In this document: positions 1 through 10,889 of the stretch, in pieces
How the letters are laid out: every line of letters starts with the position of its first letter
Numbering within the stretch: position 1 is the stretch's first letter
Made by a program: the position numbers and the translations under genes
The notes under the pieces: model-generated
The model's database searches: none
What the model was told of the DNA's origin: nothing
What the model saw: the letters and a program-made list of their open reading frames with translations, nothing else
Assembly (NCBI RefSeq): GCF_057098645.1
Contig: NZ_CM169472.1
DNA: 64,000 bases
Reading direction: 5' to 3' (one strand)

Positions 1-539
1 TTGGCGTCTCAGGACAGACCGGGCTGTTTACGGAAGAGATCATCCGTGAGATGCATAAACACTGTCCGCGTCCGATCGTGATGCCGCTGTCTAACCCGAC
101 GTCACGCGTGGAAGCCACACCGCAGGACATTATCGCCTGGACCGAAGGTAACGCGCTGGTCGCCACGGGCAGCCCGTTTAATCCAGTGGTATGGAAAGAT
201 AAAATCTACCCTATCGCCCAGTGTAACAACGCCTTTATTTTCCCAGGCATCGGCCTGGGTGTTATTGCTTCCGGCGCGTCACGTATCACCGATGAGATGC
301 TGATGTCGGCAAGTGAAACGCTGGCGCAGTATTCACCATTAGTGCTGAACGGCGAAGGTATGGTACTGCCGGAACTGAAAGATATTCAGAAAGTCTCCCG
401 CGCAATTGCGTTTGCGGTTGGCAAAATGGCGCAGCAGCAAGGCGTGGCGGTGAAAACCTCTGCCGAAGCCCTGCAACAGGCCATTGACGATAATTTCTGG
501 CAAGCCGAATACCGCGACTACCGCCGTACCTCCATCTAA
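1..539 (+). CDS. maeA: NAD-dependent malic enzyme, C-terminal portion (5' end lies outside window)
   Basis: Open frame from position 3 to stop at 539; C-terminal malic enzyme sequence recalled; synteny with adhP. Confidence 0.9.
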   Translation, partial: GVSGQTGLFTEEIIREMHKHCPRPIVMPLSNPTSRVEATPQDIIAWTEGNALVATGSPFNPVVWKDKIYPIAQCNNAFIFPGIGLGVIASGASRITDEMLMSASETLAQYSPLVLNGEGMVLPELKDIQKVSRAIAFAVGKMAQQQGVAVKTSAEALQQAIDDNFWQAEYRDYRRTSI

Positions 540-545
540 GCCTGC

Positions 546-588
546 GCCCGGTAGTGAAGGCTACCGGGCAATTTCCCTCTCCCTTTTT
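546..588 (+). terminator. Hairpin (GCCCGGTAG/CTACCGGGC) followed by T-rich tract after maeA
   Basis: 9-bp inverted repeat 546-569 then T-rich run. Confidence 0.5.
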
Positions 589-672
589 CAGATCTCATCC
601 ATACTGGGTAGTGGCGAATAAATCTCATTTGCCTCACCTGCTATGCAGAACATCATCCGAAAAGGAGGAACT

Positions 673-1680
673 ATGAAGGCTGCAGTTGTTACGAAGGATC
701 ATCATGTTGACGTTACGGATAAAACACTGCGCTCACTGAAACATGGCGAAGCCCTGCTGAAAATGGAGTGTTGTGGTGTATGTCATACCGATCTTCATGT
801 TAAGAATGGCGATTTTGGTGACAAAACCGGCGTAATTCTGGGCCATGAAGGCATCGGTGTGGTGGCAGAAGTGGGTCCAGGTGCCTCATTAAAACTAGGC
901 GATCGTGCCAGCGTGGCGTGGTTCTACGAAGGATGCGGTCATTGCGAATACTGTAACAGTGGTAACGAAACGCTCTGCCGTTCAGTTAAAAATGCCGGAT
1001 ACAGCGTTGATGGCGGGATGGCGGAAGAGTGCATCGTGGTCGCCGATTACGCGGTAAAAGTGCCAGATGGTCTGGACTCGGCGGCGGCCAGCAGCATTAC
1101 CTGTGCGGGGGTCACCACCTACAAAGCCGTTAAACTGTCAAAAATTCGTCCCGGTCAGTGGATTGCTATCTACGGTCTTGGCGGTCTGGGTAACCTCGCC
1201 CTGCAATACGCGAAGAATGTCTTTAACGCGAAAGTGATCGCCATTGATGTCAATGATGAGCAGTTAAAACTGGCAACCGAAATGGGCGCTGATTTAGCGA
1301 TTAACTCACGCACCGAAGACGCCGCCAAAATTGTACAGGAGAAAACTGGTGGCGCTCACGCTGCGGTGGTAACAGCAGTAGCTAAAGCTGCGTTTAACTC
1401 GGCAGTTGATGCTGTCCGTGCAGGTGGGCGTGTTGTGGCAGTCGGTCTGCCGCCGGAGTCTATGAGCCTGGATATCCCACGTCTTGTGCTGGATGGTATT
1501 GAAGTGGTCGGTTCGCTGGTCGGCACGCGCCAGGATTTAACTGAAGCCTTCCAGTTTGCCGCCGAAGGTAAAGTGGTGCCGAAAGTCGCCCTGCGTCCGT
1601 TAGCGGACATCAACACCATCTTTACCGAGATGGAAGAAGGCAAAATCCGTGGCCGTATGGTGATTGATTTCCGCCGCTAA
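673..1680 (+). CDS. adhP: Zn-dependent alcohol dehydrogenase
   Basis: ATG at 673 preceded by AAAGGAGG; GHEGxG and Zn-binding Cys motifs; ORF-track start at 643 is an upstream alternative start. Confidence 0.9.
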   Translation: MKAAVVTKDHHVDVTDKTLRSLKHGEALLKMECCGVCHTDLHVKNGDFGDKTGVILGHEGIGVVAEVGPGASLKLGDRASVAWFYEGCGHCEYCNSGNETLCRSVKNAGYSVDGGMAEECIVVADYAVKVPDGLDSAAASSITCAGVTTYKAVKLSKIRPGQWIAIYGLGGLGNLALQYAKNVFNAKVIAIDVNDEQLKLATEMGADLAINSRTEDAAKIVQEKTGGAHAAVVTAVAKAAFNSAVDAVRAGGRVVAVGLPPESMSLDIPRLVLDGIEVVGSLVGTRQDLTEAFQFAAEGKVVPKVALRPLADINTIFTEMEEGKIRGRMVIDFRR

Positions 1681-1825
1681 GAGGCCTTTGCTGCGACTGC
1701 CATGTTCGGGTTGCAGCATCGCACACTCTCCAACATGAAATGGCTAAATGGATTATTGTTGCGTAGGAAGGAACAATAATGATAGTGTTCCCAGAGAAGG
1801 AACGCTACTGAGAGTAAAGACACTA

Positions 1826-2110
1826 ATGAAAATGGCCAATCATCCCCGCCCGGGGGACATTATTCAGGAATCACTGGACGAACTTAATGTCAGCCTGCGC
1901 GGGTTTGCCAGAGCAATGGAAATTGCTCCCTCAACGGCAAGCCGATTGCTGACCGGAAAAGCAGCTTTGACGCCAGAAATGGCAATTAAACTTTCCGTGG
2001 TGATCGGCAGTTCGCCGCAAATGTGGCTGAATCTGCAAAACGCCTGGAGTCTGGCAGAGGCTGAAAAAACGGTGGATGTGTCGCGATTACGTCGTCTGGT
2101 TGCGCAATAA
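1826..2110 (+). CDS. yddM: XRE-family HTH protein, HigA/VapI-like (94 aa)
   Basis: Internal ATG at 1826 gives a 94-aa product; HTH-like region; synteny. Confidence 0.75.
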   Translation: MKMANHPRPGDIIQESLDELNVSLRGFARAMEIAPSTASRLLTGKAALTPEMAIKLSVVIGSSPQMWLNLQNAWSLAEAEKTVDVSRLRRLVAQ

Positions 2111-2140
2111 AAAATGGCGCCTTTTACAGCGCCATTTGAA
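2111..2140. terminator. Hairpin AAATGGCGC-N8-GCGCCATTT, copy 1 (bidirectional terminator type)
   Basis: Perfect inverted repeat flanked by A/T runs directly after yddM stop. Confidence 0.5.
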
Positions 2141-2159
2141 ACTGATGACAAACGCAACA

Positions 2160-2275
2160 TTGCCTGATGCGCTACGCTTATCAGGCCTACACGTTCACTG
2201 CAATCTATTGGATTTGAACGGTTTGTAGGCCGGATAAGGCGTTCACGCCGCATCCGGCATGAACAAAGCCTACGT
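2160..2275. repeat. REP/BIME-type palindromic repeats
   Basis: Two GCCTGATGCG.../GCCGGATAAGGCG...CGCATCCGGC units typical of E. coli REP elements. Confidence 0.6.
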
Positions 2276-2287
2276 TGTCTACAATAT

Positions 2288-2317
2288 GAAAATGGCGCCT
2301 TTTACAGCGCCATTTTC
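2288..2317. terminator. Hairpin AAAATGGCGC-N8-GCGCCATTTT, copy 2 (terminator for fdnI on minus strand)
   Basis: Same hairpin as 2111-2140, 20 bp downstream of fdnI stop. Confidence 0.55.
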
Positions 2318-2337
2318 AGCTTAAAGTTCAAAAGAGA

Positions 2338-2991
2338 TTATATCCCTTCTTCACTCTCTTTTTTCGCTTCTGCCTTCTCGATTTCACGATACCAGCGCGG
2401 ATGGTGTTTCTTCGCCCAGCGACGGCTCACCTTCCCTTCGATCATCCCTTTAATCGATCCTTTCACCCAGAATGCCATATACATATGGATCAGGATGGCG
2501 TGGATCAGGATGATACCCGCAGCCGCGTGGATCAGCAGGCTGTAGCGAACAACCTGCATCGGGAAGTACTGCGCAAAGTACGGACGCCAGATAATCACCC
2601 CGGTCACCAGCAGCACGAAAATCATGCTCATGATCGACCAGAACATCATCTTTTGCCCGGCGTTGTACTTACCGACATCCGCCACTTTATGCTCATTGCC
2701 TTTTAATACTTCGACAATGTTTAACAGCCACGGAATATCTTTCTTATCCGGGATGTTGTGATGCACAAAACGCACAAACATAAACATCAGTGCGACGAAA
2801 ATCGCAATGCCGAAGAATGGGTGCAAAATGCGTCCCATCTGCGGCGTACCGAAGGTTTGCGTCAGCCATTGCAGCGTCGGGAAGAAGAACGAAATCCCGG
2901 ACAGCGCCACCAGGAAGAAGCAAATCACCACGGTCCAGTGACAGGCGCGATCAATAAATTTGGTGCGCACAATCATTTTCGACTTACTCAT
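2338..2991 (-). CDS. fdnI: Formate dehydrogenase-N gamma (cytochrome b556) subunit
   Basis: 217-aa membrane protein from internal ATG (2991); overlaps fdnH stop; operon context. Confidence 0.9.
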
Positions 2992-3868
2992 GATGATCCT
3001 CCTCGTCATCGTCCACTTCCTTATTCGGGCCAATACCGATGTAGTGGAAAATCAACCCGGCAAAAGTGGCAATAAAGCCAGCCGCTGCCAGCGGTTTCAA
3101 CGCGCCTTTCCACAGGCTTACCGAGGTGTCGATCTTCGGATCTTTCGGCAGACTGTGATACAGCTCCGGCTGATCGGCGTGATGCAGCACGTACATAACG
3201 TGCGTACCACCGACCCCTTCCGGGTTGTAGACGCCAGCATGTTCGTAACCACGCGCTTTCAGTTTCGCCACGCGCTGTTCCGCCAGCTCCAGCATCTCCT
3301 TCTTGGTTCCGAAGTGGATAGCCCCGGTCGGACAGGTTTTCACACAAGCCGGTTCCTGGCCGACGCTGACGCGATCGACGCAGAGCGTGCATTTATATAC
3401 CCGGTTATCCTCTTTGTTGAGGCGCGGAATATTAAACGGACACCCGGCAATGCAGTAACCACAGCCGATGCAGTTTTCCGACTGGAAATCGACAATCCCG
3501 TTAGCGTACTGAATGATTGCACCGGCAGACGGGCACGCCTTCAGGCAGCCCGGATCTTCACAGTGCATACAGCCATCTTTACGGATCAGCCACTCCAGCT
3601 TGCCGTTCTGTTCGGTTTCGCTAAAGCGCATCACCGTCCAGGACTTGGCGCTCAGATCGGCGGGGTTATCGTAAACCCCGACGCAGTGCCCCACTTCATC
3701 ACGGATGTCGTTCCACTCCGAACACGCCACCTGACAGGCTTTACAGCCGATACAGGTGGAAACGTCGATAAGTTTTGCGACTTCTGCTTTGTAATCACGC
3801 ACCTGAGAAGGCGGCGTGATGGAGTTAGTTGCGGACCTTTTGATAATGTCCTGCGTTTCCATAGCCAT
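2984..3868 (-). CDS. fdnH: Formate dehydrogenase-N beta (4Fe-4S) subunit
   Basis: 294 aa, multiple CxxCxxCxxxCP ferredoxin motifs. Confidence 0.9.
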   Translation of the reverse strand: MAMETQDIIKRSATNSITPPSQVRDYKAEVAKLIDVSTCIGCKACQVACSEWNDIRDEVGHCVGVYDNPADLSAKSWTVMRFSETEQNGKLEWLIRKDGCMHCEDPGCLKACPSAGAIIQYANGIVDFQSENCIGCGYCIAGCPFNIPRLNKEDNRVYKCTLCVDRVSVGQEPACVKTCPTGAIHFGTKKEMLELAEQRVAKLKARGYEHAGVYNPEGVGGTHVMYVLHHADQPELYHSLPKDPKIDTSVSLWKGALKPLAAAGFIATFAGLIFHYIGIGPNKEVDDDEEDHHE

Positions 3869-3880
3869 CTGTTCGCCCCC

Positions 3881-6800
3881 TTACGCCTTCTCGATGTTGA
3901 CTAAGAACGCTTTATATTCCGGCGTTTGCGAGTTTGCATCACCGACATTCGGCGTCAGAGTGTTAGCGATATAACCTTTACGCGCGACACCCTCAAAGCC
4001 CCAGTGGATTGGAATACCCACCGTTTCAACCTGCTGACCATTTACATTCAGCGGTTTCAGACGACGCGTTACCACAGCCACCGCGCGGATAAAGCCACGC
4101 TTGCTTGAGACAGTGACACGATCGCCATTATTAATGCCTTTCGCCGCCGCCAGCGTTTCGCTGATTTCCACAAACTGTTCCGGCTGAGCAATTGCGTTGA
4201 GCAATGCGTGCTTGGTCCAGGTGTGGAAGTGCTCGGTCAGACGATAGGTCGTACCCACATACGGGAACTGCTCTTTTTTACCCATCCGCAGTGCGTCTTG
4301 TTCATACAGACGAACAACCGGGTTAGACACCACGTTCGGATGCAGCGGGTTAGTGCCCAGTGGCGTTTCAATCGGCTCGTAGTGTTCCGGGAACGGACCT
4401 TCCGCCATTTTGTTGATGGCAAACAGGCGTCCCATCCCTTCCGGCTGCATGATAAACGGCCCGGTTGGCGTACCCGGTGCGGCATTGCCGAAGTCAGGAA
4501 TATCGTTACCCGTCCACTTGCTGCCGTTCCACTGGATCAGCATCCGTTTCGGATCCCACGGTTTACCGTTGATATCCGCCGAAGCACGGTTGTACAGCAC
4601 GCGACGGTTGAGCGGCCACGCCCAAGCCCATCCCAGCGTATTCCCCAGACCGGACGGGTCGGAGTTATCGAGGTTAGCCATCTGGTTGCCCTGCTCTGTC
4701 CAGCTACCGGTGTAGATCCAGCAAGAAGATGCGGTTGTACCGTCATCACGCAGATGCGCAAAGCTACTCAGCAACTGACCTTTCTTCGCAATCAGCACGC
4801 CATTAGCATCATAGAGATCTTCCAGCGCATAGCCGTTGTTCTCTTTAGCTACTTCGTCAGATTGCGGTTCGTGCGGCTGCTTGTAGTTCCAGCTCATCTT
4901 CATCAGCGGTTCTACGCCTTTACCACCTTCGGCCTGGTACAGCTCGCGCAGGTGATGGTAGATACCCGCCAGAATTTCACCGTCGTTACGCGCTTCGCCC
5001 GGCGCATCCTGACCTTTCCAGTGCCACTGCAGCCAGCGACCGGAGTTAGCAATAGAACCATCTTCTTCAGCAAAGCAGGTCGAAGGCAGACGGAATACTT
5101 CAGTCTGAATAGACGCCGGATCGACATCGTTCGACTCGCCGTGGTTCTGCCAGAAGGTTGAGGTTTCAGTCACCAGCGGATCGATAACCACCATGTACTT
5201 CAGCTTGCTCAGGCAGCTCACCACTTTGTTTTTGTCCGGGAAGGACGCAACCGGGTTAAAGCCCTGGCAGAAATAACCGGTGACTTTGCCTTCATCCATC
5301 ATGTTGAAATACTTGATGACGTCGTAGGTCTGGTCCCACTTCGGCAGCCAGTCATAGCCCCAGTTGTTCTCTTTCTGCGCGGCATCGCCATAGAAAGATT
5401 TCATCAGGCTAACGAAGAACTTCGGATAGTTGCTCCAGTAGTTCACCTGACCAGCCAGCGTCGCTTTCGGCGTGTTCGCTTCCAGATACGACTGCAAATC
5501 AACCTGTTTTTCTGACGGCAGCGTCAGATAACCTGGCAGGCTGGTAGAGAGCAGACCTAAGTCAGTCAGACCCTGAATGTTGGAGTGACCACGCAATGCA
5601 TTCACGCCGCCACCGGCCATACCCATGTTACCGAGCAGCAACTGGATCATCGCCATAATACGGATGTTCTGCGCACCCACGGTGTGCTGCGTCCAGCCCA
5701 GCGCGTACAGGAAGGTGGTTGTGCGATCCGGTGCGCTGGTGGAGGCCAGCACTTCACACACTTTCAGGAAGTCGGCTTTTGGCGTACCACAGATGTTTTC
5801 AACAACGTCCGGCGTGTAGCGGGAAACGTGCGCTTTCAGCAGGTTCCACACACAGCGCGGATGAGTCAGTGTTTCATCGCGTTTCGCATAGCCGTTTTCA
5901 TCGAACTGATAGTTCCAGGACGATTTATCGTATTGCCGTTTTTCAGCGTCGTAGCCGCTGAACAGACCGTCTTCGAAAGCAAAATCATCACGCACCAGCA
6001 GGCTGGCGTTGGTGTAATGCTTAACGTATTCGGCGTTGATTTTGTCGTTTTCGATCAGGTAGCGCAAAACGCCAGACAGGAACGTAATGTCCGTACCGGA
6101 ACGAATAGGTGCGTAAATATCCGCCACAGAAGCGGTACGCGTAAAACGGGGATCGACAACGATCAAGGTTGCATCGTTGTTGTTTTTCGCTTCCATCGCC
6201 CAGCGGAAACCGACGGGATGCGCTTCAGCAGCGTTACCGCCCATTACCATTACGACGTTAGCGTTTTTGATATCCACCCAGTGGTTGGTCATCGCACCGC
6301 GACCAAATGTTGGAGCAAGACTTGCTACCGTTGGTCCGTGTCAGACGCGCGCCTGGTTGTCTACCGCCAGCATCCCGAGGGAGCGGGCAAATTTCTGGGT
6401 CAGCATCCCGGTTTCGTTGCTGGCACCGGAAGCACACAGCATACCGGTAGAAAGCCAACGGTTTACCGTTACGCCCTGCTCGTTCTTTTCAATAAAGTTA
6501 GCGTCACGGTCAGCTTTCATCAGCTTCGCAATACGGGAGAATGCTTCTTCCCAGCTAATGCGCTGCCATTTGTCAGAACCTAGCGCACGATATTCCGGGT
6601 AGCGCAGACGGTTTTCGCTGTTGACGTAATCCAGCAAACCGGCCCCTTTCGGGCACAGCGCACCACGGCTTACCGGATGATCCGGGTCACCTTCAATGTG
6701 ATAAATCGCTTCTCTGGCGTTTTTCGCGCCATCACCCAGGCTATACATCAATAGCCCGCAACCTACGGAACAGTATGTGCAGGTGTTACGGATCTCTTTA

Positions 6801-6928
6801 GCGCGTAATAATTTGTAGTTTCGCGCCTGAGCCAGTGCTTGCTTCGGGGCAAAGCCCAATGCCGCTACTGTTGTTCCAGCCATACCGCCCGCGCAGATTT
6901 TAAAAAATTGTCTGCGACTGACGTCCAT
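3881..6928 (-). CDS. fdnG: Formate dehydrogenase-N alpha subunit, selenocysteine-containing (in-frame UGA at 6341-6343), Tat signal
   Basis: Two ORF-track pieces (6341-6928 and 3881-6292) in the same frame separated only by TGA; N-terminal SRRQFFK twin-arginine motif; total 1015 codons. Confidence 0.9.
6290..6343 (-). other. UGA-Sec codon plus downstream SECIS stem-loop in fdnG mRNA
   Basis: mRNA reads GUC UGA CAC GGA CCA ACG GUA GCA AGU CUU GCU CCA ACA UUU GGU CG, which can fold as a stem-loop immediately 3' of UGA. Confidence 0.7.
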
Positions 6929-7047
6929 TGCTTTCCTCTTTTTTCAGGGGTATTACTGCGCGAGGAAACTAACAGTAAAATTCTGAATCTTTTTGCGCGA
7001 AATCAAAAAGAACACGTGTTTGCCACAAAATAATCCGCCTGCGCAAA

Positions 7048-7061
7048 TTGACCTACCTCAA
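7048..7061. promoter_or_regulatory. FNR-like box TTGAC-N4-CTCAA in fdnG/yddG divergent control region
   Basis: Matches TTGAT-N4-ATCAA at 8 of 10 positions; fdnG is a known FNR/NarL target; exact promoter geometry not verified. Confidence 0.35.
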
Positions 7062-7159
7062 TAGCGGTAGAAAAACGCACCACTGCCTGACAGGCCAGTT
7101 AAAAAAATGCTATAAAATTCAGCTTAATTTTTAACGGCAAAAGAGACAAAACAGCGAGC

Positions 7160-8041
7160 ATGACACGACAAAAAGCAACGCTCATAGGGCTGATAGCGAT
7201 CATCCTGTGGAGCACGATGGTAGGATTGATTCGCGGTGTCAGTGAGGGGCTCGGCCCGGTCGGCGGCGCAGCTGCTATCTATTCATTAAGCGGGCTGCTG
7301 TTAATCTTCACGGTTGGATTTCCGCGTATTCGGCAAATCCCGAAAGGCTATTTGCTCGCCGGGAGTCTGTTATTCGTCAGCTATGAAATCTGTCTGGCGC
7401 TTTCCTTAGGGTATGCGGCGACCCGTCATCAGGCGATTGAAGTGGGTATGGTGAACTATCTATGGCCCAGCCTGACAATTCTCTTTGCCATTCTGTTTAA
7501 TGGTCAGAAAACCAACTGGTTGATTGTACCAGGATTATTATTAGCCCTCGTCGGCGTCTGCTGGGTGTTAGGCGGTGACAATGGGTTACATTATGATGAA
7601 ATCATCAATAATATCACCACCAGTCCATTGAGTTATTTCCTGGCGTTTATTGGTGCGTTTATCTGGGCCGCTTATTGCACAGTAACGAATAAATACGCCC
7701 GCGGATTTAACGGAATTACCGTTTTTGTCCTGCTAACGGGAGCAAGTCTGTGGGTTTACTATTTTCTCACGCCACAACCAGAAATGGTATTTAGCACGCC
7801 CGTCATAATTAAACTCATCTCTGCGGCATTTACCTTAGGATTTGCTTATGCTGCATGGAATGTCGGTATATTGCATGGCAACGTCACCATTATGGCGGTA
7901 GGTTCGTATTTTACGCCCGTACTTTCCTCAGCGCTTGCAGCCGTGCTGCTCAGCGCCCCACTGTCGTTCTCATTCTGGCAAGGCGCGCTAATGGTCTGCG
8001 GCGGTTCCCTGCTCTGCTGGCTGGCGACACGTCGTGGTTAA
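7160..8041 (+). CDS. yddG: DMT-family aromatic amino acid exporter
   Basis: 293-aa polytopic membrane protein; synteny. Confidence 0.9.
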   Translation: MTRQKATLIGLIAIILWSTMVGLIRGVSEGLGPVGGAAAIYSLSGLLLIFTVGFPRIRQIPKGYLLAGSLLFVSYEICLALSLGYAATRHQAIEVGMVNYLWPSLTILFAILFNGQKTNWLIVPGLLLALVGVCWVLGGDNGLHYDEIINNITTSPLSYFLAFIGAFIWAAYCTVTNKYARGFNGITVFVLLTGASLWVYYFLTPQPEMVFSTPVIIKLISAAFTLGFAYAAWNVGILHGNVTIMAVGSYFTPVLSSALAAVLLSAPLSFSFWQGALMVCGGSLLCWLATRRG

Positions 8042-8045
8042 AATA

Positions 8046-8070
8046 ACTGCCGGGTCTACGGCCCGGCAGT
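8046..8070 (+). terminator. Hairpin ACTGCCGGG-N7-CCCGGCAGT after yddG (no clear U-tract)
   Basis: 9-bp inverted repeat 5 bp after yddG stop. Confidence 0.35.
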
Positions 8071-8300
8071 TAATCAGATAAATTCCGACAATATTAAAAG
8101 AATAAATTTCAAATACCAGCAATTCACCTTATATCTCATTTCGACTTCGATCACATATCGATAAATAATATTATTTCATCTATTTTTCTCATTGTTTTTA
8201 ATCACCATTCTATTTTAAAAACAGCATGTCATTTATAAATGACGCCGTTTAAAATTCGTTTAGGAAATACGTTTAACGATAATTAAAAGGATTCTGTTAA

Positions 8301-9398
8301 ATGAAATTAAAAATAGCGGTGGTTGTAACTGGTTTGTTAGCTGCGAACGTAGCACACGCTGCCGAAGTCTATAACAAGGATGGTAATAAACTCGACCTTT
8401 ATGGCAAGGTTACCGCTCTACGTTATTTTACTGATGATAAGCGTGACGATGGTGATAAAACTTATGCCCGTCTCGGCTTTAAAGGAGAAACGCAAATCAA
8501 TGATCAAATGATTGGTTTTGGTCACTGGGAATATGATTTTAAAGGCTATAACGATGAAGCCAACGGCTCGCGCGGCAACAAGACCCGTCTGGCCTATGCT
8601 GGTTTAAAAATTAGTGAATTTGGCTCTCTGGACTATGGTCGTAACTACGGTGTCGGCTATGACATTGGTTCATGGACCGATATGTTGCCAGAATTTGGTG
8701 GCGATACCTGGAGTCAGAAAGATGTCTTCATGACATACCGTACCACCGGTGTAGCAACCTATCGCAACTACGATTTCTTTGGCTTAATTGAAGGGCTGAA
8801 CTTTGCCGCGCAATATCAAGGCAAAAATGAACGTACTGACAACAGTCATCTTTATGGTGCTGACTACACGCGTGCCAACGGTGACGGTTTCGGTATCTCC
8901 TCAACTTATGTTTATGATGGCTTTGGTATCGGTGCGGTATATACCAAATCCGATCGGACAAATGCGCAGGAAAGAGCCGCTGCTAATCCTCTCAATGCCT
9001 CCGGTAAGAATGCAGAACTGTGGGCCACAGGTATAAAGTATGATGCCAACAACATCTACTTTGCAGCTAATTACGCTGAAACATTAAACATGACCACCTA
9101 TGGGGATGGTTATATCTCGAACAAAGCACAAAGTTTTGAAGTGGTGGCGCAATATCAATTCGACTTCGGCTTGCGCCCATCACTCGCTTACCTGAAATCG
9201 AAAGGCAGAGATCTGGGCCGCTACGGCGACCAGGACATGATTGAGTATATCGACGTTGGTGCGACGTATTTCTTCAACCAAAATATGTCGACCTATGTTG
9301 ATTATAAAATCAACCTGATTGATGAAAGCGACTTTACCCGTGCCGTAGATATTCGCACCGATAACATCGTCGCAACGGGCATTACCTATCAGTTCTAA
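8301..9398 (+). CDS. yddL: General outer-membrane porin (OmpC/OmpF/PhoE family), intact 365 aa
   Basis: Signal peptide ending AHA|AEVY; beta-barrel porin sequence with C-terminal Phe; low-GC flanks; the K-12 ortholog is a pseudogene as far as I recall. Confidence 0.8.
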   Translation: MKLKIAVVVTGLLAANVAHAAEVYNKDGNKLDLYGKVTALRYFTDDKRDDGDKTYARLGFKGETQINDQMIGFGHWEYDFKGYNDEANGSRGNKTRLAYAGLKISEFGSLDYGRNYGVGYDIGSWTDMLPEFGGDTWSQKDVFMTYRTTGVATYRNYDFFGLIEGLNFAAQYQGKNERTDNSHLYGADYTRANGDGFGISSTYVYDGFGIGAVYTKSDRTNAQERAAANPLNASGKNAELWATGIKYDANNIYFAANYAETLNMTTYGDGYISNKAQSFEVVAQYQFDFGLRPSLAYLKSKGRDLGRYGDQDMIEYIDVGATYFFNQNMSTYVDYKINLIDESDFTRAVDIRTDNIVATGITYQF

Positions 9399-9411
9399 CA
9401 TCCTCTCCTGA

Positions 9412-9437
9412 CCAGCCCTTCTCTGGGCTGGTTTTTG
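9412..9437 (+). terminator. Rho-independent terminator (CCAGCCC-N6-GGGCTGG + TTTTT)
   Basis: GC stem followed by T5, 14 bp after porin stop. Confidence 0.8.
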
Positions 9438-9567
9438 ATTTAAGTGCTGCTGTATGACTCCTTAAGTAAAAATGAGCAATTTTTGATATTTCTGATCATT
9501 CACCTCAATTAATATTATTCCATACCCTCCGGGGACATCTTACTATAATATTTATTGATGAGTGATT

Positions 9568-10827
9568 ATGACCAATATTAATACAGCTTGTGTAAAAAAT
9601 AATGCCAGTTATCAATTTAATAACGCATTACCTAACAAAGAAACCATCTCCAGCAATTTTTGTGAACGACTAGAACAATGGGGTAATAAGTCGCTTAATA
9701 ATGGTGAAGAAAGAGCAATTGCCGTGGAGCGAATTAAAGAAGCTTACAATTCGAACATGGCATCTCTTGATTTGTCATATCTTGATTTGAGTGAGTTGCC
9801 GCCTATCCCTTCGACAGTTAATACGTTAAATCTGGAAAACAATTGTCTAACTTGCCTTGACTTTGCTGACAATGCTAGTCTCGTCAATATCAACCTCAGC
9901 TTTAATAAAATTAAAACGATAACCTTTCCAAATGAATCAAAACTGGAAAATATTTATATTGATCATAACGATCTGGAAAGTTTAGATTTTAAAAACCAAA
10001 ATTCATTGATTAATCTGGAAGCACAAAATAACAACCTGACAAAAATTAATATTTCTGAAAGTTATAAACTGAAATTTCTTAATCTTGATTATAACAAACT
10101 ATCATCACTGGATCTCTCCCGGCAAGAGTCTCTGATTGAGTTAAGTGCCCATCACAATATGATCACTGACCTTATATTACACAATCATCCCAGGATGAAA
10201 ACAATCACTTTAAACGACAACCATATTGCACATTTAAACACCAAAACCACTACAAAACTTGAATATTTAAACTTAAGCAATAACAATTTATTGCCAACCA
10301 ATGACATTGATCAACTAATATCATCAAAACATCTTTGGCATGTATTAGTTAACGGCATCGACAATGATTCACTTGCACAAATGCAGTACTGGACTGCAGT
10401 AAGAAATATAATTGATGACACTAATGAAGTGACCATTGATTTATCTTATAATCTGGCAATCACAAATATCGATACCAGTGATGAACATCTTGTAGAAGTA
10501 AGCGATAATTCAGAAGGTAATTATATAAAAGACAATGACTCAATGTCTATTCGTTATAGATCAAAATATTATTCCAGAGATTCCGCCTTAATAGAAGAAG
10601 AAACAATATTTTCTGACGCAGAACTAAAAGCTATTCTGCCTATGCGTCGCATGTACGGGGTTGGTGACTATAAGTCAAATTCCTCTTCTCTATCCTCACT
10701 CTCGGGGCTCAAGGACCCAACGGGCACACCCGTCTGTTATTATATTCATAATGAGAGTAAACCTTCCTTAGGTTATGGTCCAACATGCAATAATTGGTTA
10801 AGCCAATCCTTTACAACAGAGTTATAA
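9568..10827 (+). CDS. yddK: Leucine-rich repeat protein with IpaH/SspH-like N-terminal LRR region, no NEL domain
   Basis: ~22-residue LxxLxLxxNxL repeats; N-terminal W..GEER..AV.RIKE...LDLS.L.LSELP resembles IpaH-family LRR N-termini; AT-rich. Confidence 0.75.
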   Translation: MTNINTACVKNNASYQFNNALPNKETISSNFCERLEQWGNKSLNNGEERAIAVERIKEAYNSNMASLDLSYLDLSELPPIPSTVNTLNLENNCLTCLDFADNASLVNINLSFNKIKTITFPNESKLENIYIDHNDLESLDFKNQNSLINLEAQNNNLTKINISESYKLKFLNLDYNKLSSLDLSRQESLIELSAHHNMITDLILHNHPRMKTITLNDNHIAHLNTKTTTKLEYLNLSNNNLLPTNDIDQLISSKHLWHVLVNGIDNDSLAQMQYWTAVRNIIDDTNEVTIDLSYNLAITNIDTSDEHLVEVSDNSEGNYIKDNDSMSIRYRSKYYSRDSALIEEETIFSDAELKAILPMRRMYGVGDYKSNSSSLSSLSGLKDPTGTPVCYYIHNESKPSLGYGPTCNNWLSQSFTTEL

Positions 10828-10836
10828 AACACATCC

Positions 10837-10860
10837 TGATTTATCAAGGGTGATAAATCA
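10837..10860. other. Perfect palindrome TGATTTATCA-N4-TGATAAATCA between the two LRR genes
   Basis: 10-bp perfect inverted repeat 10 bp after LRR1 stop and 30 bp before LRR2 start. Confidence 0.5.
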
Positions 10861-10889
10861 GAAAAACATTGTATTACTACGGAGCAGTT

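Noticed and set aside
2960-6583. Long plus-strand ORFs (2960-3904, 4208-5161, 5585-6583) antisense to fdnH/fdnG
   Set aside because: They lie entirely within well-supported minus-strand genes in GC-rich DNA, where antisense frames stay open by chance; no RBS or recognisable protein features.
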